A DNA stretch of 11,588 nucleotides from Octopus sinensis (Eukaryota). Position numbers and translations under genes: made by a program. Within the stretch, counting starts at the first letter, position 1, and every line of letters begins with the position of its first letter. Below, in pieces: positions 7,427-11,588 of the stretch. The DNA lies in contig NW_021826963.1 in NCBI RefSeq assembly GCF_006345805.1, positions 1-11,588 on the forward strand. The letters are read 5' to 3'. The notes beneath the pieces are model-generated. The model was not told the DNA's origin and ran no database searches. It saw only the letters and a list, made by a program, of their open reading frames with translations.

Positions 7427-8580
7427 CTAGCAAGGAAAAGAAAGAAAAAAAGAAAAGAAAAGGAAAGGGAAAACATTGGCTGACTGGTTTGGATTCTACT
7501 ATTAATCAATTTTGCTCTTAAGTCTGTTTTAAGTAGAAGTTAGAACCGAAGATGCAGAATTTTGACCTGGGTTGTGAAAGGTTAAAACATTTATTTTCTT
7601 GTTTTGGTAGATCAACAAGATATCATTTGTAGAATTTATTTAGTTTATTTATTTTCTTATGTCTAATTCGTCGCGAAAGCCATGCTCGTCTCTAACCAAG
7701 AGCTGTCAATATATTATTTAACAAATGCTTCTTACTTATTGATTTATCGATAGCTTTCTTTAGCCACAGAATTCCCGCTTGTTTATTGGGGTTTTTTTTT
7801 TCGATGTTCGACAGTTGCGGTGTGTATTAGTCGTTCGATCTGTTTCTATTGGAATTCTGCTTTTCGTTTCTTTGAGTTTTATTTTTTTTTATGTGTGTAT
7901 GTGTATGTGTAGTGTGTGTGTGTATGTGTTTATTTTATTATGTGGTTGCCTGTACGTATATGTGTGGAATAGTTTCTCTTTTAAACGTTGTATTGACAAC
8001 ACAGCTAAATACATCAGACACACAACACCTATTAAAAATACATAAACCAAACATTAAGCGTTACTACGTGACTCAAATGTGTACTATCAATAGAATTACA
8101 GGAACACATTATCAAAAGCCTCATAAAACGAAACATTAAATGTACTGCGCTAAACTATAAACTAAACACTAATAATATAATACAAACATACTAAATAATA
8201 CTGTATAATAATAGAATACAAACATACTAAAATTAAACAACTCTCGTATCAGTGACAAACCACGAGTCTGCGAACACGTTAGTGACCAAAGTCCTTTACA
8301 AATTTGATAACGAACATTAAATTTTTATACTTCACAAGACTAATTTGAATATTGGATGCTCAAGTGTGGCACTCAGTTGCTGCTTAACAAACAATTAGGA
8401 GCAATTGCAGAGCTCAAAACTGAAGAGCAGGGGTCTCGTTTTCTAAAAGAGGAAAAAAAAAATATGGGAAAATCTGTGTTAGAATGTACAATCTATTTGC
8501 GTAAATCCATTCACAAATCACTGTCAAGTTGTAACTAAACCTAGCTGTTCATCAGCACTAAGATTTTAATGTAATAAAGA

Positions 8581-8857
8581 TCTATCATTTATTTTCTTCA
8601 TGCTTTATCCATTGGACTGCGGCCATGCTGGGGCACCGCTTTGGAGGATTTTAGTCGAACTAATGGAACCCAGTGCTTGTTTTTTATTTGTTTTTTTTTT
8701 CTGTTTTGTTTTGTCTTTTTTAAGTCTCGTACATATTCTATCGGACACTTTTTGCTGAACTGCTAACGTTGGACATAAACCAACCAACACCTGTTTCTAG
8801 GGGGTGGGGGATTTTGAAAGATAAGACACACACACACACACACACACAAACACACAT
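8581..8857 (-). mobile_element. SINE family 1, 3' half only, starting at its (TG)n array
   Basis: The reverse complement contains GTGTTGGT.GGTTTATGTCC...CGATAGAATA.GTAC and GCGGTGCCCCAGCATGGCCGCAGTC, matching about 6040-6190. Confidence 0.85.
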
Positions 8858-8861
8858 GCAT

Positions 8862-9153
8862 CGCGCGGACCTCTACAATGCGGAAGCTCTCTGCCAACTT
8901 CAAGACACCTGCTTATATTGCCCTCTACCCTCCAACCACACGCCCAGCAACCAACAGACTGTGTCCTCCACTATCCATGGCTTCATCTCCTCCTCCCATC
9001 TCCCCAACCACCTCTAACCCTTCGTACTCCCACAATTTACTTCCTCCCCAAAATCCACAAACCTAACAACCCTTGCCGCCCCATCGTCTCTGCTTGCAAC
9101 TGCCCCACCGAACTTATCTCGCCCTTGCTTTCCCCACTCTCGCCTCCCTACAC
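8862..9153 (+). pseudogene. Penelope-like element reverse transcriptase N-terminal remnant
   Basis: RADLYNAEALCQLQDTCLY...NQQTVSSTIHGFISSSHLP, a frameshift at about 9010, then RTPTIYFLPKIHKPNNPCRPIVSACNCPTELIS. This is the characteristic PLE (Y/F)xLPKxHK...RPIVS block. Confidence 0.9.
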
Positions 9154-9385
9154 CCCACCACCACCACCACACCACATCACACACCACACCACCACACCAC
9201 ACACCACCAAACACCACAACACCACACACCACCACACCACACCACATCACACCACCTCGCACACACTAGCACTGACCACTTCCCAGCACCTGCATCATCC
9301 TCCACACACCTACACATGCACACACGCACACGTCAATGTCACCAGCCCCCTTCAACACGCACATGCATGCTCTCACATACACACA
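9153..9385. repeat. (CACAC/CA)-type low-complexity tract inside the PLE remnant
   Basis: Visible directly. Confidence 0.85.
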
Positions 9386-9389
9386 TGCA

Positions 9390-9667
9390 CTTTCGTTTTG
9401 GGACCGCCTCTACTTTATTATCTCCCCTTCTTCCTAGCTCTCCTGTGAGACCCCTCTGTACGGCATTCGCCATGATAGATCGTTAGCCACTAAACCTTTT
9501 TCTTTTCTCTCACCCTGTTTATTTCTGTGTTTCTTTCTATCGAAGAGCGTAGACTCGAAACGTAAAAGACATTCTCACTTCCAGAGTGTTAAACTAATAC
9601 ATCTGTTTGTTGTTTACAAACCGTATTCGAATTTTGTTTTTTGTTTTTTTTTTTGTAAATTCTCACC
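9390..9667 (+). mobile_element. Penelope-like 3' UTR / pseudo-LTR (family B)
   Basis: Same strand as, and downstream of, the RT remnant. Aligns with 1334-1477, contains the HHR and ends at (TA)n 9668-9712. Confidence 0.8.
9532..9569 (+). ncRNA. Minimal hammerhead motif, mutated copy (core CUAUCGA)
   Basis: TCTTT-CTATCGA-A-GAGC(GTAG)ACTC-GAA-ACGT-A-AAAGA. G5>A and a stem II mismatch suggest it is inactive. Confidence 0.65.
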
Positions 9668-9682
9668 ATAATATATATATAT

Positions 9683-9712
<30 letters not shown>

Positions 9713-9713
<1 letters not shown>

Positions 9714-9847
9714 CAAATAAGCAACAAGGATATCCAGAGGTAATGCAGTCGTTTCATGCGACTCCATTTAATTGAACAATTAAATGGAGTCGCATGAAAC
9801 GACGAACGTACTGCATTACCTCTGGATACCCTTGATGCTTATTTTGA
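9713..9847. repeat. Near-perfect fold-back inverted repeat, arms 9713-9774 and 9777-9847, 2-nt loop
   Basis: The reverse complement of the left arm matches the right arm except for a 7-nt indel, a 1-nt indel and 2 substitutions. Confidence 0.95.
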
Positions 9848-9925
9848 TTATAATCACCTTATTTTAAATTGCATGGATAATACCATATAAATTCTGATGC
9901 CTCAACTTAAATACCATATCATCTG
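9771..9925 (+). mobile_element. Repeat family D, probable PLE-type 3' end with 3' half of an HHR
   Basis: GAAAC...GTA-CTGCA followed by ~120 nt and a microsatellite. The copy at 10643-10654 reads GAAACGATCGTA (palindromic ACGATCGT plus GUA). Confidence 0.5.
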
Positions 9926-10012
<87 letters not shown>

Positions 10013-10090
10013 AATATATATATATATACATTATATATTATATTATATATATTAGATTATATTATATTATATTGTATTATATTATATTTA
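9926..10090. repeat. (ATCT)n followed by (AT)/(ATT)-rich microsatellite
   Basis: Visible directly. Confidence 0.95.
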
Positions 10091-10250
10091 TCCGACGAGC
10101 TTCCATAGTTCTAATCTCACATATTCCTAACAAGGCATTGACCATCCTGGGCTTCAATAGAAGATATTTGCCCAAGGTAGTACGCAGTATGACTCAACCC
10201 GAGATCACGTGGTTACAAATCGCGCTTCTTTACTACACGGTCGTACCTAC
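10091..10250 (-). mobile_element. SINE family 1, 5' half, strongly diverged
   Basis: Reverse complement ...AACCACGTGATCTCGGGTTGAGTCATACTGCGTACTACCTTGGGCAAATATCTTCTA...GGAAGCTCGTCG aligns with about 5810-5970. Confidence 0.8.
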
Positions 10251-10276
10251 ACCCACGCAATGTTTTCCATTTTTAA

Positions 10277-10399
10277 TTTTCCTTTGAGCCAAACCTAGCC
10301 AAGCGATTTTAACTTGAGCCTGGTTTCGTCATAGCGTTACTGTTAAGAAAAGCAAGCATTGTATTATCAGTCATGTCACTGTACTGCGTTATCTGTGTT
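10277..10399 (+). repeat. 123-bp direct repeat, copy 1 (copy 2 at 11381-11503)
   Basis: 120/123 identical, no indels. Confidence 0.95.
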
Positions 10400-10567
10400 A
10401 TTCAAGGTATAGAAGTTGATCTGGGATACACCAAAACTGTAAAATATTCCGTATGACTCATCCAGACACTGGGTTTTTTTTTTTCTCATTCGAAAAATTC
10501 AGAAAAATGAAGCTTTACAAGTTAAACGGGGATTGTGTGGCTGTTGTTTGAGCATGCGAACGCGTAA

Positions 10568-11080
10568 GGCGGCGAGCAGGCAGAGTCGTTAGCACGCTGG
10601 CTGAAAGACTTAGCAGTATTGAACAATTAAATGGAGTCGCATGAAACGATCGTACTGCATTACCTCTGGATATCCTTGATGCTTATTTTGATTATAATCA
10701 CCTAATTTTAAATTGTATGGATAATACCATACTAAATTCTGGTGCCTCAACTTAAGTACCATATTCATCTGAATATATATATATATATATTATATTTATC
10801 CGACGAGCTTCCATAGTTCCAATCTCACATATTTCCTAACAAGGCATTGGCCATCTTGGGCTTGAGTAGAAGATATTTGCTCAAGGTAGTATGCAGTAGG
10901 ACTCAACCCGAGACCACGTGGTTACAAATCGCGCTTCTTTACTACCCGTCGCCATGTTCTGAGTTCAAATTTCGCCGAGGTCGACTTTGACTTTCATCCT
11001 TTCGGTTGTCGATAAAATTAAGTACAGTTGCGTACTGGGGCAGATTTAATTGACTGGTCCTTCCCCCACCAAAATTTCAG
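10568..11080 (+). mobile_element. tRNA-derived SINE family 3 with Deu/Nin-like central domain, interrupted at 10618-10945
   Basis: Head GGCGGCGAGCAGGCAGAGTCGTTAGCAC...TTAGCAGTATT, resuming at 10946 with a B-box-like GAGTTCAAATTTC. CTTTCATCCTTTCGGTTGTCGATAAAATTAAGTAC (about 10991-11025) resembles the Deu/Nin domain as I recall it. Confidence 0.75.
10618..10945 (+). repeat. Local duplicate of 9771-10236 inserted in the SINE3 head
   Basis: Family D end, TA array and inverted SINE1 head occur in the same order and share private mutations. Confidence 0.92.
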
Positions 11081-11380
11081 TTAAATAGGAATTATGTGGC
11101 GGTTGTATTTAACCTTCCTTGTGAACGCGCGTAGACGTAGTGGTTACGTAATTCGACTCATAATCGCAAATTCGGGCGTCCGGGTCCTCAACCGGGTAGT
11201 GCTGTAAATAAGTACCAGTCAGACTCGGGAGCAACCCTCTTTGCCTTCAATTATTTCATCCTTGATGCTTCGCTGAGTCAAGGAACCAAAAAAGTATCAA
11301 TGTCTGCCCGTGATTACGTGGACTCTTAAAACAATTAGAGGGAGCATGGTACACGTAACCAAGTCATATGCGCTCGAAAC

Positions 11381-11503
11381 TTTTCCTTTGAGCCAAGCTT
11401 AGCCAAGCGATTTTAACTTGAGCCTGGTCTCGTCATAGCGTTACTGTTAAGAAAAGCAAGCATTGTATTATCAGTCATGTCACTGTACTGCGTTATCTGT
11501 GTT
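11381..11503 (+). repeat. 123-bp direct repeat, copy 2
   Basis: Matches 10277-10399. Confidence 0.95.
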
Positions 11504-11524
11504 GAATTAGTCTGTATACTTCGA

Positions 11525-11588
11525 GGCAATGAGCTGGCAGAAACGTTAGCACGCCGGGCGAAGCGCTTAGCAGTATTTCGTATGCCGT
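11525..11588 (+). mobile_element. SINE family 3 head, cut by the window edge
   Basis: GGCAATGAGCTGGCAGAAACGTTAGCACGCCGGGCGAAGCGCTTAGCAGTATTTCG aligns with 10568-10620. Confidence 0.8.

Noticed and set aside
7561-7586. AAAGGTTAA as a piggyBac-type terminus
   Set aside because: It is imperfect and I found no matching opposite end.
8179-8231. 17-bp direct repeat AATACAAACATACTAAA (8179-8195, 8215-8231)
   Set aside because: This is ordinary slippage in AT-rich DNA.
8409-8442. CTGAAGA followed by GC-rich sequence as a hammerhead core
   Set aside because: No GAAA follows and there is no stem I or III.
11125-11225. Possible fourth SINE remnant (tRNA-like head, AATAAGTACCAGTC)
   Set aside because: It is too degenerate to delimit or assign.
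1-11588. CRISPR array, rRNA or prokaryotic operon
   Set aside because: There is no regular repeat-spacer array, no rRNA-like sequence and no gene-dense organisation. The window is eukaryotic repeat DNA.

Overview
AT-rich, microsatellite-dense eukaryotic DNA built almost entirely from nested, decayed transposable elements. The SINE families look like those I recall from octopus genomes, but that is an inference and not a database result. I cannot support any intact protein-coding gene; most ORFs in the track are microsatellite or SINE read-through. Supported content: (i) three tRNA-derived SINE families in about 10 copies or half-copies; (ii) a frameshifted hAT-like (hATm-type) DDE transposase pseudogene at 5549-7076, split by a SINE; (iii) a Penelope-like (PLE) reverse transcriptase remnant at 8862-9153 with its 3' end; (iv) a 526-bp TIR element with an 8-bp TSD and internal (CCCTAA)5; (v) up to four unrelated short repeat families with hammerhead-ribozyme (HHR) signatures, one with a complete minimal fold and a non-canonical core, and two forming fold-back inversions near the HHR sequence; (vi) two local duplications; (vii) an unassigned coding-like island at about 7080-7430 behind a strong minus-strand splice acceptor. 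The most interesting signal is the cluster of HHR-bearing, microsatellite-abutting PLE-type ends. HHRs in PLEs are already known, so any novelty would lie in the core variants and the fold-back geometry.
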